From Hyphomicrobium sp. 12-62-95 (GTDB lineage: Bacteria; Pseudomonadota; Alphaproteobacteria; Rhizobiales; Hyphomicrobiaceae): a stretch of 64,000 nt of DNA. The stretch lies in contig NCCZ01000008.1 of assembly GCA_002279935.1 (NCBI GenBank), forward strand, positions 85,998-149,997, in the 5' to 3' direction. Position numbers and translations under genes: made by a program. The notes below the pieces were generated by a model that did not search any database, was not told where the DNA came from, and was given only the letters and a program-made list of their open reading frames with translations. Each line of letters opens with the position of its first letter. Position 1 is the stretch's first letter. This document shows positions 46,607-57,611 of the stretch, in pieces.

Positions 46607-48379
46607 TTAGTGGCCGACGACGATGTCGTCGGTTGAGGCGGTGAACGGTTTATCGGCCGTAGCAACCGCGATGCTTAGGTCAGGCTTGATGGCCAGGACC
46701 GGCACCCAGCGGGCATCCTTGCTCGCGATCAGCTGTTTCAAATCGAATTTCGGTGTGAGCTTGGTGGCGCTAAAGCCGATCCCGTTGCCGCTGCGGGCAA
46801 AATCTGAAAGGGTTGATTGGCCGGCCTGCAGGGCGCGGCCGCCGAGTTGGAAGGCGGCTTCGGCGGCTATCCCGAGTTTGCGGGTGGCCGGCGCGATCTG
46901 GAAGACATTCTGGCGGCCGAAGTCGAACGCGTAGTCGGTGAGGACAAGCGTATTGTAGGCGTCGTTTTCCGTGGCCGCGATCATGGTGCCGTAGCCGCCT
47001 AAATCGAGCGAATATTCCAACGTTTCCGAGAGAATTTCGCCGTAGTGGGTTGGGATGCCGGCCGAGCGGGCCTCACGCAGCTGGTTCCAGTTGTTGTCGA
47101 CGATCAGCACCGGCAAGCCGTGATCTTTCAGTTTTTTGGCAAGGCCCACGCTCCAGGCGCTACCGCCAACGATGATGACGCCGTTGCGTTTGCCGGCGGC
47201 CAGTCCAAGCCACTGCGCCAAGGGTGCCAGCGTAAAGCCGTGCAGGACGACGGTCGTCATGACGATGGCGAACGCGAGGCCGACCATCTCGCGCGATCCG
47301 TCGATGTAGAAAGTCGTGAGTTTGGCGGCAAAGAAGCTTGTGACGGCTATGGCAACGACGCCGCGAGGCGCGATCCAGCCGGTGAGGACGCGCTCCTGCC
47401 AAGTGAGGCCTGATCCGATGGTGGCGATGAAAATCGTAACCGGGCGCACGACGAAGAGCATGACCGCGACGAAGGCGGCGGCACGCCAGTCGAGGGCTTG
47501 GATGGTGGCCATATCGATGCTGGCGCTGAGGAGGACAAACACGCCGGAAACGAGGAGCGTGGTGATGGTTTCTTTAAAGCGGCGAATTTCGACGAGGTCG
47601 GCGAGATTGGAATTGGCGAGTGTGATGCCGAGGACGGTGACGGTGAGGAGCCCCGATTCTTCGAGGACCCACTGGGAGGCCACGTAGGTTCCCAGAACGA
47701 CGACGAGGAGGACTGGGGCTTTCAGATACTCGGGAACGTGACCGCCGTTGAACGCCCACACCACAGCGCGGCCAGCCAGAATGCCGACACCCAGCGCGAA
47801 GATGAGTGCGACCAGGGCGTGTGCGATCAGTTCGGGAACGGTCCCGGTGCCCTGAGAGATCAGGAGGGCTTCGAAGGCGATGACGGCAAAGAGCGCGCCG
47901 ACGGGATCGTTGACGATGGCTTCCCAGCGCAGAAGCGAGGCTGGCCGTGACGTGAGGTTGGATTGGCGCAGCAGCGGCATGATCACCGTTGGGCCCGTGA
48001 CCACGAGGACGCCGCCCAAGATGACGGCTGCGGCGAATGGCAGGCCGGCGACGTAGTAACCGGCGGCTGTGTTCAAGACCCAGGCGAGCGGGGCGCCGAT
48101 GATCACGAGCCGGCGCACGGCGGTCGATGTATGGCGAATTTCGTGGAAGTTGAGGGTGAAGCCGCCTTCAAAAAGGATGATGGCGACGGCGATTGCGACC
48201 ATGGGCTTGAAGAGTTGGCCGAAATCGCGCTCCGGGACGAGGAACCCCGTTGCGGGACCCATGGCGAGGCCAGCCAGCGCCAGGAGGACGATGCCCGGGA
48301 TGCGGAAGCGCCACGCCAGCCATTGCGATCCAATCCCGGCAAGGCCGACGGCGGCCAGCTTTGCGACCAGTAGCTCCAC
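46607..48379 (-). CDS. CPA1-type Na+(K+)/H+ antiporter with a C-terminal Rossmann (KTN-like) domain
   Basis: About 12 TM helices (NhaP-like, NDPVGALFAV), then VIIVGGSAWSVGLAKKLKDHGLPVLIVDNN. Confidence 0.8.
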   Translation of the reverse strand: MELLVAKLAAVGLAGIGSQWLAWRFRIPGIVLLALAGLAMGPATGFLVPERDFGQLFKPMVAIAVAIILFEGGFTLNFHEIRHTSTAVRRLVIIGAPLAWVLNTAAGYYVAGLPFAAAVILGGVLVVTGPTVIMPLLRQSNLTSRPASLLRWEAIVNDPVGALFAVIAFEALLISQGTGTVPELIAHALVALIFALGVGILAGRAVVWAFNGGHVPEYLKAPVLLVVVLGTYVASQWVLEESGLLTVTVLGITLANSNLADLVEIRRFKETITTLLVSGVFVLLSASIDMATIQALDWRAAAFVAVMLFVVRPVTIFIATIGSGLTWQERVLTGWIAPRGVVAIAVTSFFAAKLTTFYIDGSREMVGLAFAIVMTTVVLHGFTLAPLAQWLGLAAGKRNGVIIVGGSAWSVGLAKKLKDHGLPVLIVDNNWNQLREARSAGIPTHYGEILSETLEYSLDLGGYGTMIAATENDAYNTLVLTDYAFDFGRQNVFQIAPATRKLGIAAEAAFQLGGRALQAGQSTLSDFARSGNGIGFSATKLTPKFDLKQLIASKDARWVPVLAIKPDLSIAVATADKPFTASTDDIVVGH

Positions 48380-48592
48380 CCCATGCCCTCCCTTGGTTTG
48401 CCATGATCAACGCGGGGACCCCGGCTTTGGGTTCGCCTGCGACGGCATGACAGATGCAACCGAGTCCAACCAGCCCCGTTGTCTTACGGGATGCGCGGTA
48501 CTTGCCGTATAGGGACGGCCGGGTGACAAGAGCAGCGGATGCCGGTGATTCCAGCAATTGGTTTCGGCGGTAGCGATACGGGGGATGACACG

Positions 48593-49549
48593 ATGAGCGG
48601 CTTGCTTGCACTTCTCGATGACGTTGTTGCGCTGGCGAAGGTGGCGGCGACGACGATCGATGACGCGGCGGCGCAGGCCGGCAAAGCGGGAGCCAAGGCT
48701 GCCGGTATCGTGATCGACGATGCGGCCGTGACGCCGCGCTACGTTACGGGGCTTGCCGCAAAACGCGAATTGCCGATCATTGGGCGGATCGCTTGGGGAT
48801 CACTCAAGAACAAACTTTTGTTCCTTCTTCCGGCGGCGTTGCTCCTGTCGCAATTCGCGCCGTGGCTGATTACGCCAATCCTATTCGTGGGCGGCCTTTA
48901 TCTCGCGTTCGAAGGCTATGAAAAAGTCCACGAGATGGTGTCGCCGCATAAGGTGACCACGACAGTTGCCGACGTGAAAGAAGGGACTCCGGAAGCGCAG
49001 AAGCTGGAAGATGAGCGCGTCGCGGGTGCGATCCGAACGGACTTCATTCTCTCGGCCGAAATCATGGCGATTGCGTTGTCGACGATTGATGCGCCGGACG
49101 TCGTCACGCGCGGTGTCGTGCTCGCGGTTGTGGGGCTGTTCATTACATTCCTGGTCTATGGCGCCGTGGCGCTGATCGTGAAGGCTGACGACTTCGGCGT
49201 TTGGCTGGCTAAGCGCGGGGGGGCCGTTTCGGCGCCTGTCGGCCGCGCGCTGGTGAAGGGCATGCCGGGCTTTTTGAAATGGTTGTCGATCGTCGGGACG
49301 GTCGCCATGCTCTGGGTCGGCGGCGGGATTTTAATCCACAGCCTCGCCGTGTTCGGATACCCCGGTCCTGAGCATCTGTTCCACGACTGGTCGGAGGCGG
49401 TGCGCGCGGCCATTCCGGTGGCTTCGGGCTTTTTTGCCTGGCTCACAGGGACGCTGGCTTCGGCCATCGTTGGTTTGATCGCGGGCGCTATCGTTGCGGT
49501 TGTGGTCGGTCTCCTGAAGCCGATGTTCGGGGCGAAGGAGGCGCATTGA
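48593..49549 (+). CDS. DUF808 (YedI-like) inner-membrane protein
   Basis: The N-terminus MSGLLALLDDVVALAKVAA...AAVTPRYV is typical of DUF808. I chose the start at the internal ATG of the ORF-track entry. Confidence 0.75.
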   Translation: MSGLLALLDDVVALAKVAATTIDDAAAQAGKAGAKAAGIVIDDAAVTPRYVTGLAAKRELPIIGRIAWGSLKNKLLFLLPAALLLSQFAPWLITPILFVGGLYLAFEGYEKVHEMVSPHKVTTTVADVKEGTPEAQKLEDERVAGAIRTDFILSAEIMAIALSTIDAPDVVTRGVVLAVVGLFITFLVYGAVALIVKADDFGVWLAKRGGAVSAPVGRALVKGMPGFLKWLSIVGTVAMLWVGGGILIHSLAVFGYPGPEHLFHDWSEAVRAAIPVASGFFAWLTGTLASAIVGLIAGAIVAVVVGLLKPMFGAKEAH

Positions 49550-49663
49550 GTCCTGGATCGGCGGGCGCGGCCATGGGTCCGCCTTGACGTGTGCATCCGG
49601 CTTGGGGCATTGCCGCGCCAGTGATCTCAGGCGGTATCGCCTCAGCAGAAGGGCGCGCGGACA

Positions 49664-50608
49664 ATGGCCATCGCATTCGTATTTCCGGGGCAGGGCAGTC
49701 AGGACGTCGGCATGGGCCGCGAGCTGGCGCAGACCTTCAAGGTTGCGGCCGACGTTTTTGCCGAAGTGGATGAGGCGCTCGGACAGAACCTCTCGCAGAT
49801 CATGTGGGAGGGGCCGAAAGAAACGCTCACGCTGACGGAGAATGCGCAGCCGGCGCTGATGGCGGTGTCGATGGCTGTCATGTGCGTTTTGGAGCGGGAG
49901 AAGGGGTTTTCTCTCAAGGATAAGGTGGCATTCGTCGCCGGGCATTCTCTAGGTGAATATTCCGCGCTGGCGGCAGCAGGTGCGTTTTCGCTGGCCGATA
50001 CGGCGCGTTTGCTGAAGCTTCGTGGGCAGGCGATGCAGAAGGCCGTTCCAGTTGGGCAGGGCGCGATGACGGCGCTGCTCGGTGTCGGCATCGATGTGGC
50101 GAGACAAGTGGCGGAGGCTGCCGCGCAGGGCGAGTGCTGTCAGGTGGCCAACGATAATGAGCCGACGCAGGTCGTACTTTCGGGTGCCAAGTCAGCGATC
50201 GATCGTGTGCCGGAAGTTGGCAAGGCGTTCGGCGTGCGCCGCGCCATCCCGTTGCCGGTGTCGGCACCGTTCCATTGCGCACTGATGCAGCCGGCCGCGG
50301 ATGCGATGGCGGAGGCTTTGAGCAAGGTGCAGGTGAACGCGCCATCGGTTCCCGTCGTGGCGAACGTTCTGGCGTCGCCCATTTCTGATCCGGACGAGAT
50401 CCGGCGGCGGCTTGTCGAACAGGTGACCGGCACAGTGCGGTGGCGCGAGTGCGTGCAGTATATGGCCGCGAACGGCATCACCGAGGTCTTTGAGATCGGT
50501 TCGGGCAAGGTGCTGTCGGGCCTTGTGGGACGCATTGAAAAGTCCATCAAGGCGACACCGGTCGGGACGCCCGCGGACATCGATGCGGTGATCGGCGGGT
50601 TGGCCTGA
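49664..50608 (+). CDS. fabD: Malonyl-CoA:ACP transacylase
   Basis: FVFPGQGSQ...GHSLGEYSALAAAG... Confidence 0.95.
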   Translation: MAIAFVFPGQGSQDVGMGRELAQTFKVAADVFAEVDEALGQNLSQIMWEGPKETLTLTENAQPALMAVSMAVMCVLEREKGFSLKDKVAFVAGHSLGEYSALAAAGAFSLADTARLLKLRGQAMQKAVPVGQGAMTALLGVGIDVARQVAEAAAQGECCQVANDNEPTQVVLSGAKSAIDRVPEVGKAFGVRRAIPLPVSAPFHCALMQPAADAMAEALSKVQVNAPSVPVVANVLASPISDPDEIRRRLVEQVTGTVRWRECVQYMAANGITEVFEIGSGKVLSGLVGRIEKSIKATPVGTPADIDAVIGGLA

Positions 50609-50751
50609 GCCATTACGGTTAAAGCGGCCCGAGCATTCCCGCGATGTGGTGGACCACTTGACGGGGGCGGGGCGCGGTTCCAAAAGTCCCGCCAATGCAT
50701 CGCCCGATCTGCAACTCGGGCCAACTTCAAAATTATAAGGACGGCGATCCC

Positions 50752-51498
50752 ATGTTCGATCTGACAGGCAAGACGGCGCTCGTGACGGGCGCGACGGGTG
50801 GCATCGGCGAGGGAATCGCGCGGGCGTATCACGCGGCTGGTGCAACGGTGGCGATCTCGGGACGTCAGGTTGCAAAGCTCGAAGCGCTGAAGGCGGAGTT
50901 GGGCGATCGCGTCGTGGTGGTGCCATGCGATCTGGCGGACCGGGCGCAGGTGGGCAAACTTATCGATGAAGCCGTGAAGGCGCTGGGCGGACGGCTCGAT
51001 ATTCTCGTCAACAACGCTGGGCTCACCAAAGATAATTTGTTCATGGTGATGAAGGACGAGCAGTGGGACGACGTGATTGCCGTCAACCTGACGTCGACGT
51101 TCATGCTCTGCCGCGCCGCCGTGCGCGCCATGCTGCGTAACAAGACGGGCTACGGCCGCATCATCAATATCTCGTCGGTCTCCGGCGTGTTCGGCAATCC
51201 GGGCCAGGGGAACTATGCGGCATCGAAGGCAGGCATGGTCGGAATGACCAAGAGCCTGGCGCGCGAAGTTGCCAATCGTGGCATTACGGCTAACTGCATT
51301 GCGCCGGGTTTCATCAAGACCCCGATGACGGATGCGCTCAACGACAAGCAGCAAGAGGAAATCGCCAAGATGATCCCCGCCCAGCGTTTCGGCTCGGTGG
51401 AGGATATTGCAGCCGGCGCGCTGTATCTCGCCTCCAACGAGGGCGGGTACGTGACCGGCCAGACGCTGCACATCAACGGCGGGATGGCTATGGTTTAG
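50752..51498 (+). CDS. fabG: 3-oxoacyl-ACP reductase
   Basis: MFDLTGKTALVTGATGGIG...NYAASKAG...; SDR family, sitting between fabD and acpP. Confidence 0.95.
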   Translation: MFDLTGKTALVTGATGGIGEGIARAYHAAGATVAISGRQVAKLEALKAELGDRVVVVPCDLADRAQVGKLIDEAVKALGGRLDILVNNAGLTKDNLFMVMKDEQWDDVIAVNLTSTFMLCRAAVRAMLRNKTGYGRIINISSVSGVFGNPGQGNYAASKAGMVGMTKSLAREVANRGITANCIAPGFIKTPMTDALNDKQQEEIAKMIPAQRFGSVEDIAAGALYLASNEGGYVTGQTLHINGGMAMV

Positions 51499-51829
51499 GC
51501 TGGATGCGGACCGTGCGGGTGGCAACCCGTTGCCAACACGCGCTTTTCCCTCTTCATGGTCATGGGCTGCGGCAAAACTCCGCGAAGGTGGCCAAAGGGT
51601 AAGGAGATGTGTTACCGAGCGGATGTTTTTTGCTGCGGAAGCTGGGGAAAAGCCCTAACGATCGTGGCATTGGCGCTGGGGAGCCGGAAGGACTCAGGGT
51701 AGCCGGACTGGAGTGGTGGGGAGGCCCGCCTGGCCATCCGGACGGCCGGTGGCCGGAAACGGTCCGCGGCCGGACCATCAAACGACTAAAAGAACCATTC
51801 AACGCAGATACAGGGACGCGAGGAAGACG

Positions 51830-52072
51830 ATGAGCGATGTCGCAGAGCGCGTGAAGAAGATCGTAGTCGAGCATCTGGGCGTCGAGACCGAGAAGGTGAC
51901 GGAGAACGCCAGCTTCATCGACGACCTCGGCGCCGACAGCTTGGACACGGTCGAGCTGGTAATGGCTTTCGAAGAAGAATTCGGATGCGAAATTCCGGAT
52001 GATGCCGCTGAGCACATCCTGACCGTCGGCGATGCCGTGCGGTTTCTCGAGAAGAACGCGACGGCGGCCTAA
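51830..52072 (+). CDS. acpP: Acyl carrier protein
   Basis: The [22 protein letters not shown] phosphopantetheine-site motif. ATG 51830 follows aggaag. Confidence 0.97.
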   Translation: MSDVAERVKKIVVEHLGVETEKVTENASFIDDLGADSLDTVELVMAFEEEFGCEIPDDAAEHILTVGDAVRFLEKNATAA

Positions 52073-52262
52073 ACAGCGCCGGGACAGGCCAACGCCGTTC
52101 CATGGAACGGCCATTTGGCCCTGACACTGAAGTGCGGCGTTCGGGCTCGTTTGATCCCGGACGCCGTTCGTTCATCTGGCAAAGGGCGTGGCTCGAACCC
52201 CGCCGGCCAGACACGATGAGACCGGCGACAGTGGTTCGCCGCAAGACAAAAGGGATTTGCGC

Positions 52263-53531
52263 ATGCTGCGACGCGTCGTCGTGACGGGAATGGGGCTGGT
52301 GACGCCGGTTGGTGTGGGCGTCGAGGCGGCCTGGAAAAATCTTCTCAACGGCGAGAATGGCGCGCGCCGGATCGACGGCGAGTTCGAGTCGGCGGATCTC
52401 ACCTGCCAGATTGCGAATTTCGTTCCGCGCGGATCGACGGCCGAGGGCAAGTTCAATCCCGACGACTGGATGGAGCCGAAAGAGCAGCGCAAGGTCGACG
52501 ACTTCATCATTTTCGCGATGGCAGCGGCCGAACAGGCCATCAAGGATTCCGGGTTCACCGCCGATACGGTTGAAAAGCAGGAAACGACGGGCGTTCTGAT
52601 CGGGGCCGGTATCGGCGGGTTGTCGGGCATCGCGGATACGTCGCTCCTGCTGAAGGAGAAGGGGCCGCGGCGCGTGTCGCCGTTCTTCATCCCAGGCCGG
52701 CTGATCAATTTGGCCGGCGGATATGTGTCCATCCGGCACGGGCTGAAGGGTCCGAACCATGCCGTGGTCACGGCGTGCGCGACGGGGACACATGCCATCG
52801 GTGACGCGGCGCGGCTTGTGGCGCTGGGAGATGCGGAAGTGATGGTGGCGGGCGGAACGGAGAGCCCGATCTGCCGGATCGGGATGGCCGGGTTCATTGC
52901 GTGCCGGGCCCTGTCGACAGGATTTAACGACACGCCGAAGAAGGCGTCGCGTCCGTATGACCGCGATCGCGATGGGTTCGTGATGGGCGAGGGCGCGGGC
53001 GTTGTCGTGCTGGAAAGCCTGGAGCACGCGAAGGCACGCGGGGCGAAGATTTACGGCGAAGTCATCGGCTACGGGATGTCGGGGGATGCCTATCACATCA
53101 CCGCGCCGTCGGAGTCGGGTGATGGGGCTTACCGGTGCATGCGGGCCGCCTTGAAGAGTGCGAAGATCGATGCGTCCGACATCGACTATATCAATGCGCA
53201 TGGGACCTCGACGCCGATGGGCGACGAAATCGAATTGAGCGCGGTGGAGCGTTTGTTCGGCAACACGGCGGCCAAGCTGTCGATGTCGTCGACGAAATCG
53301 GCGGTTGGGCATTTGCTCGGGGCGGCGGGTGCCGTTGAGGCGGTGTTCTCGCTCTTGGCATTGCGCGATCAAATCGCTCCGCCGACCTTGAATCTCGACA
53401 ATCCGTCGGTGGAGACAGCGATCGATCTGGTGCCGCATACGGCCAAGCCGCGGCAGATCGATACGGTGCTTTCGAATTCGTTCGGCTTCGGGGGCACGAA
53501 CGCGTCGCTGATTATGCGGCGCGTGGCGTAA
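52263..53531 (+). CDS. fabF: 3-oxoacyl-ACP synthase II
   Basis: MLRRVVVTGMGLVTPVG...ACATGTHAIGDA...NAHGTSTPMGD...SFGFGGTNASL. Confidence 0.95.
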   Translation: MLRRVVVTGMGLVTPVGVGVEAAWKNLLNGENGARRIDGEFESADLTCQIANFVPRGSTAEGKFNPDDWMEPKEQRKVDDFIIFAMAAAEQAIKDSGFTADTVEKQETTGVLIGAGIGGLSGIADTSLLLKEKGPRRVSPFFIPGRLINLAGGYVSIRHGLKGPNHAVVTACATGTHAIGDAARLVALGDAEVMVAGGTESPICRIGMAGFIACRALSTGFNDTPKKASRPYDRDRDGFVMGEGAGVVVLESLEHAKARGAKIYGEVIGYGMSGDAYHITAPSESGDGAYRCMRAALKSAKIDASDIDYINAHGTSTPMGDEIELSAVERLFGNTAAKLSMSSTKSAVGHLLGAAGAVEAVFSLLALRDQIAPPTLNLDNPSVETAIDLVPHTAKPRQIDTVLSNSFGFGGTNASLIMRRVA

Positions 53532-53717
53532 GGGGCCCGACGAGGACCCGGACTGGCGTCGCACGGCTTTGCTGTTTGCGTTGCGGGTGTCCTGACGGAA
53601 TGGGCGAGAGATCGCCATAATTTGTTCCGTAAGGCGCGCTTACTGAGCGGGCGGAGGACGGGGCTGGTGAGGATTTGCCGGGCTTGGCACCGCGCCCACG
53701 ACGGTCGAGGAGACGTG

Positions 53718-55073
53718 ATGATCCAGCGCCGTGATGGCCCGCCGACGATGTCGCCGCAGGGATCGATGCGCCCGCGCAGTCCGTCGGAGGCGCTCGAGCC
53801 GACGCGCGCACCGCAGCGGCCGCGGGGCGGCAAGATCCGCCAGCCGTCGCGCGTGTTGTCGACGATAGCTCGGATCGGGAGCGCGATTATCACATTGTCG
53901 GTCGTCGCCCTTGTCGTGATCGGCGGGTTGGCGCTTCTGCTGGGACATTTTTACGAGCGGCCGGGACCTCTGATCGAGGCGCGCACCGTTGTGATCGAGA
54001 AGGGCGCGGGGCGGATCGAGATCGCCGAGCAACTGGAGCGTGACGGCATCATTTCGAGCCGCTGGGCGTTCGTGGCCAATCATCTGCTGCGCAATGTGAT
54101 GAGCGGCGGCAAGCCGGTCGAAATGAAAGCTGGCGAATACGAGATCAAGGCTGCGGCCAGCATGCGCGACGTCTTGGAGCTGCTGGGCGAGGGCAAGTCT
54201 GTTCTCTACAAGGTGACGCTGCCGGAGGGGCTGACCAGTCAGCAGATCGTGGAGCGGTTGCTGGCGGAGCCAAATCTTTCAGGTGAGATCACGCAAATTC
54301 CACCCGAGGGCTCGTTGCTGCCGGACACCTATCGCGTGTCGAAGGGGATGTCGCGGCAGGAGCTGCTCGACCGGATGCAAGCGGAGAGCGCGGAGTTCCT
54401 CGCGCAGGCATGGGAGAAGCGGGCGGCCGATCTGCCGGTGACGACGCCGCGCGAGGCGCTGATTTTGGCCTCGATCGTGGAGAAGGAGACCGGCAAGGCG
54501 GACGAGCGGCAGCGCGTGGCGGCGGTGTTCGTGAACCGGTTGAAGAAGAAGATGCGGCTGCAGTCGGATCCGACGATCATCTATGGCATCGTGGGCGGGC
54601 GCGGCTCGCTGGGGCGTTCGATCACGCGCTCGGATATCGATACCAAGACGGATTACAACACGTATCGCATCAATGGCCTGCCGCCGGGGCCGATCTGCAA
54701 CCCAGGACGCGAGACGATCGAGGCGACACTCAATCCAGTGACGACCAACGACCTCTATTTCGTGGCTGATGGGACGGGCGGACACACGTTCTCGGAGACG
54801 CTGGCGGCGCATAACGCAGCGGTGCAGAACTGGCGCAAGATCGAGAAAAGCCAGGCCGGTCAGGAGCGCAATGCCGGACCTGGCGTGGCCGAAGCGGACG
54901 AGGGAGCGGAGGCCGCCATCGTGCCGGGCGCTGCCGAGGCAGCCCCGGTGCCGGTGGCTGGCGCTGCTGCGGCCGCCGTGACGGCGGCACCCGCGGTTGC
55001 GGCGCCTCCTGTTCCGGCGCCGGTCAAGAAAAGCAACATTCCGCTGCCCGTGCGCAAGCCTAAGACCCCTTGA
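53718..55073 (+). CDS. mltG: Endolytic murein transglycosylase MltG (YceG-like) with N- and C-terminal low-complexity extensions
   Basis: A TM anchor followed by the YceG core (EGLLPDTYRV...ILASIVEKET...VFVNRLKKKMRLQSDPTIIYG...YNTYRINGLPPGPICNPG). The start is uncertain; ATG 53718 follows gaggag, and the ORF-track begins at 53622. Confidence 0.85.
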   Translation: MIQRRDGPPTMSPQGSMRPRSPSEALEPTRAPQRPRGGKIRQPSRVLSTIARIGSAIITLSVVALVVIGGLALLLGHFYERPGPLIEARTVVIEKGAGRIEIAEQLERDGIISSRWAFVANHLLRNVMSGGKPVEMKAGEYEIKAAASMRDVLELLGEGKSVLYKVTLPEGLTSQQIVERLLAEPNLSGEITQIPPEGSLLPDTYRVSKGMSRQELLDRMQAESAEFLAQAWEKRAADLPVTTPREALILASIVEKETGKADERQRVAAVFVNRLKKKMRLQSDPTIIYGIVGGRGSLGRSITRSDIDTKTDYNTYRINGLPPGPICNPGRETIEATLNPVTTNDLYFVADGTGGHTFSETLAAHNAAVQNWRKIEKSQAGQERNAGPGVAEADEGAEAAIVPGAAEAAPVPVAGAAAAAVTAAPAVAAPPVPAPVKKSNIPLPVRKPKTP

Positions 55074-55190
55074 GCTTCGTTGGTGTTTGGCTTTCTCCCA
55101 GCGGTCCCTTGGCGGATCGGGGCGGGGCGGTTAAACCCCTGAGCAGGGTTTTCACGCCGCTTTGGGTTTTCCATTCGCCTCCGGGGTTCC

Positions 55191-56072
55191 ATGACGCTCA
55201 ACAGTATGACCGGATTTGCCCGCGCGGATGGCTCGGAGAAGGGCGTGCGCTGGTACTGGGAGGTGAAGAGCGTCAACGGGCGCGGGCTCGATGTGCGGGT
55301 GCGGGTGCCGCAGGGACATGATCAGCTTGAACCGAAAGTGCGCGAGGCGGCGCAGAAGCGTTTTCAGCGCGGAAGTCTGACCATCAATCTCAATGCCCAG
55401 CGCGATGCGGCCACGGTGGAGGTTCGTGTCAACGAAGCGGCGCTGGCGCAGGTGTTGCGCGCGGTCGAGGAGGTTCGCCGGTTGACGGGGGCGCCGCCGC
55501 CCAGCGCCGATGGGTTGCTGGCGCTGCGCGGCGTGCTTGATGTGAGCGAAGCCGATGGCTCGCTCGATGCGGATGTAGCTGCGGCGATGCTGGTGTCGCT
55601 CGATGCGGCGCTTGATGCGTTGGGACAGGCGCGGGCGGCGGAGGGCCAGCGGCTGACGGCGGTCCTGACCGCGCATATCGACGAGATCGAGCGGCTGACG
55701 CGGCAGGTGCAAGCGTCGCCGTCGCGGACAGTCGACGCGATCCGGGCGCGATTGTCCGAACAGGTGGCCAAGCTTCTCGATGCGAGCCCGGCGCTCGATC
55801 CGGCGCGGTTGCATCAAGAGGCGGTGCTGCTGGCGACGCGGGCGGATGTGGAGGAGGAGATCCAACGGCTGGCGGCGCATGTGGCGTCGGCGCGTTCGTT
55901 GCTGTCGGAGGGCCAGCCGGCGGGGCGCAAGTTCGATTTTCTGGCGCAGGAATTCAACCGCGAGGCCAACACGCTAACCTCGAAGGCGATCGACATGGAA
56001 GTGTCGCGCGCGGGGCTCGCCTTGAAGACCGTCATCGATCAATTGCGCGAGCAGGTACAGAACATTGAATAG
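55191..56072 (+). CDS. yicC: YicC-family stress-induced protein
   Basis: MTLNSMTGFAR...WEVKSVNGRGLDV...EFNREANTL...[15 protein letters not shown]. Confidence 0.9.
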   Translation: MTLNSMTGFARADGSEKGVRWYWEVKSVNGRGLDVRVRVPQGHDQLEPKVREAAQKRFQRGSLTINLNAQRDAATVEVRVNEAALAQVLRAVEEVRRLTGAPPPSADGLLALRGVLDVSEADGSLDADVAAAMLVSLDAALDALGQARAAEGQRLTAVLTAHIDEIERLTRQVQASPSRTVDAIRARLSEQVAKLLDASPALDPARLHQEAVLLATRADVEEEIQRLAAHVASARSLLSEGQPAGRKFDFLAQEFNREANTLTSKAIDMEVSRAGLALKTVIDQLREQVQNIE

Positions 56073-56721
56073 CGCTGTCACAAAATCTCCGCCGCCGATC
56101 GCCCGCCGGGGCGTGCTGCTCGTTCTGTCGTCGCCTTCGGGCGCGGGCAAGACGACGCTGTCGCGCGCATTGCTCGAGGGTGATCCGGGTATCCGGCTGT
56201 CGATCTCGGTGACGACGCGCACGCCGCGTCCGGGCGAGGTGGATGGCAAGGATTATATCTTCGTTGATCGGGCGCGGTTCGAGGCGATGCGGGCGAACGG
56301 CGATCTGCTCGAGTGGGCGACGGTGTTTGGCAATTCGTACGGGACACCGCGCGCGCCGGTGGAAGCGGCCATCGCGCGGGGCGAGGACGTGCTGTTCGAT
56401 ATCGATTGGCAAGGCGCGCAGCAGTTGTCGGAAAAGATGGCCGGCGATTTGGTGCGCGTGTTCATTCTGCCGCCGTCGGGGAGCGTGTTGGAGACGCGGC
56501 TCAAGGGCCGGGCGCAAGATCCGCCGGAGGTGGTGGCCAAGCGGATGGCAGAAGCGTCTGCAGAGATCAGCCATTGGGCGGAATATGACTATGTGATCGT
56601 GAATGCCGATCTCGCCGTGAGCATCGAGGGTCTGCGCTCGATTCTGGCAGCGGAACGTTTGAAGCGTGAGCGGTTGCTCGGGCTGTCGCAATTCGTGCGC
56701 GATCTTCAGTCGGGCTTGTAG
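56065..56721 (+). CDS. gmk: Guanylate kinase
   Basis: [13 protein letters not shown]-loop and [18 protein letters not shown]. The apparent TTG start overlaps the yicC stop. Confidence 0.93.
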   Translation: MNSAVTKSPPPIARRGVLLVLSSPSGAGKTTLSRALLEGDPGIRLSISVTTRTPRPGEVDGKDYIFVDRARFEAMRANGDLLEWATVFGNSYGTPRAPVEAAIARGEDVLFDIDWQGAQQLSEKMAGDLVRVFILPPSGSVLETRLKGRAQDPPEVVAKRMAEASAEISHWAEYDYVIVNADLAVSIEGLRSILAAERLKRERLLGLSQFVRDLQSGL

Positions 56722-57611
56722 GTGCCGCGCTCGTAGATGTTTGCCAAGCGGGCGAAGTCGTCGACTGATAATTGTTCGGCGCGCAGTTCGGGTGATATGC
56801 CGGCTTCGCGTAGTAGCAACTCAGGCATGGGTAGAAGTGTCTTCAAGGACTGGCGCAGCATTTTGCGGCGCTGGCCGAAGGCGGATTGCGTGACGCGGCC
56901 TAGCGTTTTGACCGAGCATTCGGGTGTGGGATTTGCGCGCGGTTCGAAGACGACGACGGCGGAGGAGACCTTCGGCGGTGGCGTGAATGCGGCCGGCGGA
57001 AGGGTCAGTGCGATGCGCGGTTTGGCGCGCCACTGGGCGATGACCGCAAGGCGGCCATAGGCCTTGGAGCCCGGTTCGGCGACGATGCGCTCGGCTACTT
57101 CCTTTTGAAACATGAGCGCCATGCGCTGCCACCAGGGCGGCCAGGGTTCGGTTTCGAGCCAGCCAATGAGCAGGAGCGTGGCGATATTGTAGGGGAGGTT
57201 GGCGGCGATCGCGACATCGCCGGGGGCGTTGGCTGCAAGGGCTGCGAAGTCGGTTTCGAGCGCATCGCCTGCGTGAACGGTCAGGCGGCCGGGATAGGCG
57301 GCGGAGATCTCGGCGAGGGCGCGCAGGCAGCGGGCATCGCGTTCGATGGCGATGACGGTGTGCGCGCCTTCCATGAGGAGTGCGCGCGTGAGGCCGCCGG
57401 GACCGGGGCCGACCTCGATGACGGTTGTGTTCGTCAGCGGGGATGCGAGCCGCGCGATGCGGCGCGTCAAATTGAGATCGAGAATGAAGTTCTGGCCAAG
57501 GTTTTTCTTGGCGACGAGATCGTGGGCGCGGATCACGTCGCGCAAAGGGGGCAGACCGTCGTCTACTGGAGTAGCGGGCGGTGTTCCGGGCGGCGGCGCG
57601 GCCGTGCTCAT
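56706..57611 (-). CDS. rsmA: 16S rRNA (adenine1518/1519-N6)-dimethyltransferase
   Basis: [18 protein letters not shown]...[16 protein letters not shown]...NLPYNI. Confidence 0.95.
   Translation of the reverse strand: MSTAAPPPGTPPATPVDDGLPPLRDVIRAHDLVAKKNLGQNFILDLNLTRRIARLASPLTNTTVIEVGPGPGGLTRALLMEGAHTVIAIERDARCLRALAEISAAYPGRLTVHAGDALETDFAALAANAPGDVAIAANLPYNIATLLLIGWLETEPWPPWWQRMALMFQKEVAERIVAEPGSKAYGRLAVIAQWRAKPRIALTLPPAAFTPPPKVSSAVVVFEPRANPTPECSVKTLGRVTQSAFGQRRKMLRQSLKTLLPMPELLLREAGISPELRAEQLSVDDFARLANIYERGTYKPD

Noticed and set aside
51499-51829. The unusually long (330 nt) fabG-acpP spacer, inspected for an sRNA, SRP-like motif (GCCGGAAGGACUCAGG) or small ORF (aaggag-atg at ~51603).
   Set aside because: The SD-to-start spacing is 0-2 nt for the candidate ORFs, there is no terminator, and the SRP resemblance is superficial. 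From memory, long acpP leaders are common in alphaproteobacteria.
51915-53618. A 567-aa ORF antisense to fabF. Similar long antisense or off-frame ORFs lie opposite alaS (17892..19319), cckA (13728..14543), fabD/fabG (50140..51525), the Mo-enzyme gene (4194..4766, 4253..5083) and lptD (61391..62281).
   Set aside because: Their translations are Arg/Pro/His/Gly-rich low-complexity strings, typical of non-coding frames in GC-rich DNA. Each lies entirely opposite or out of frame to a confidently recognised conserved gene.
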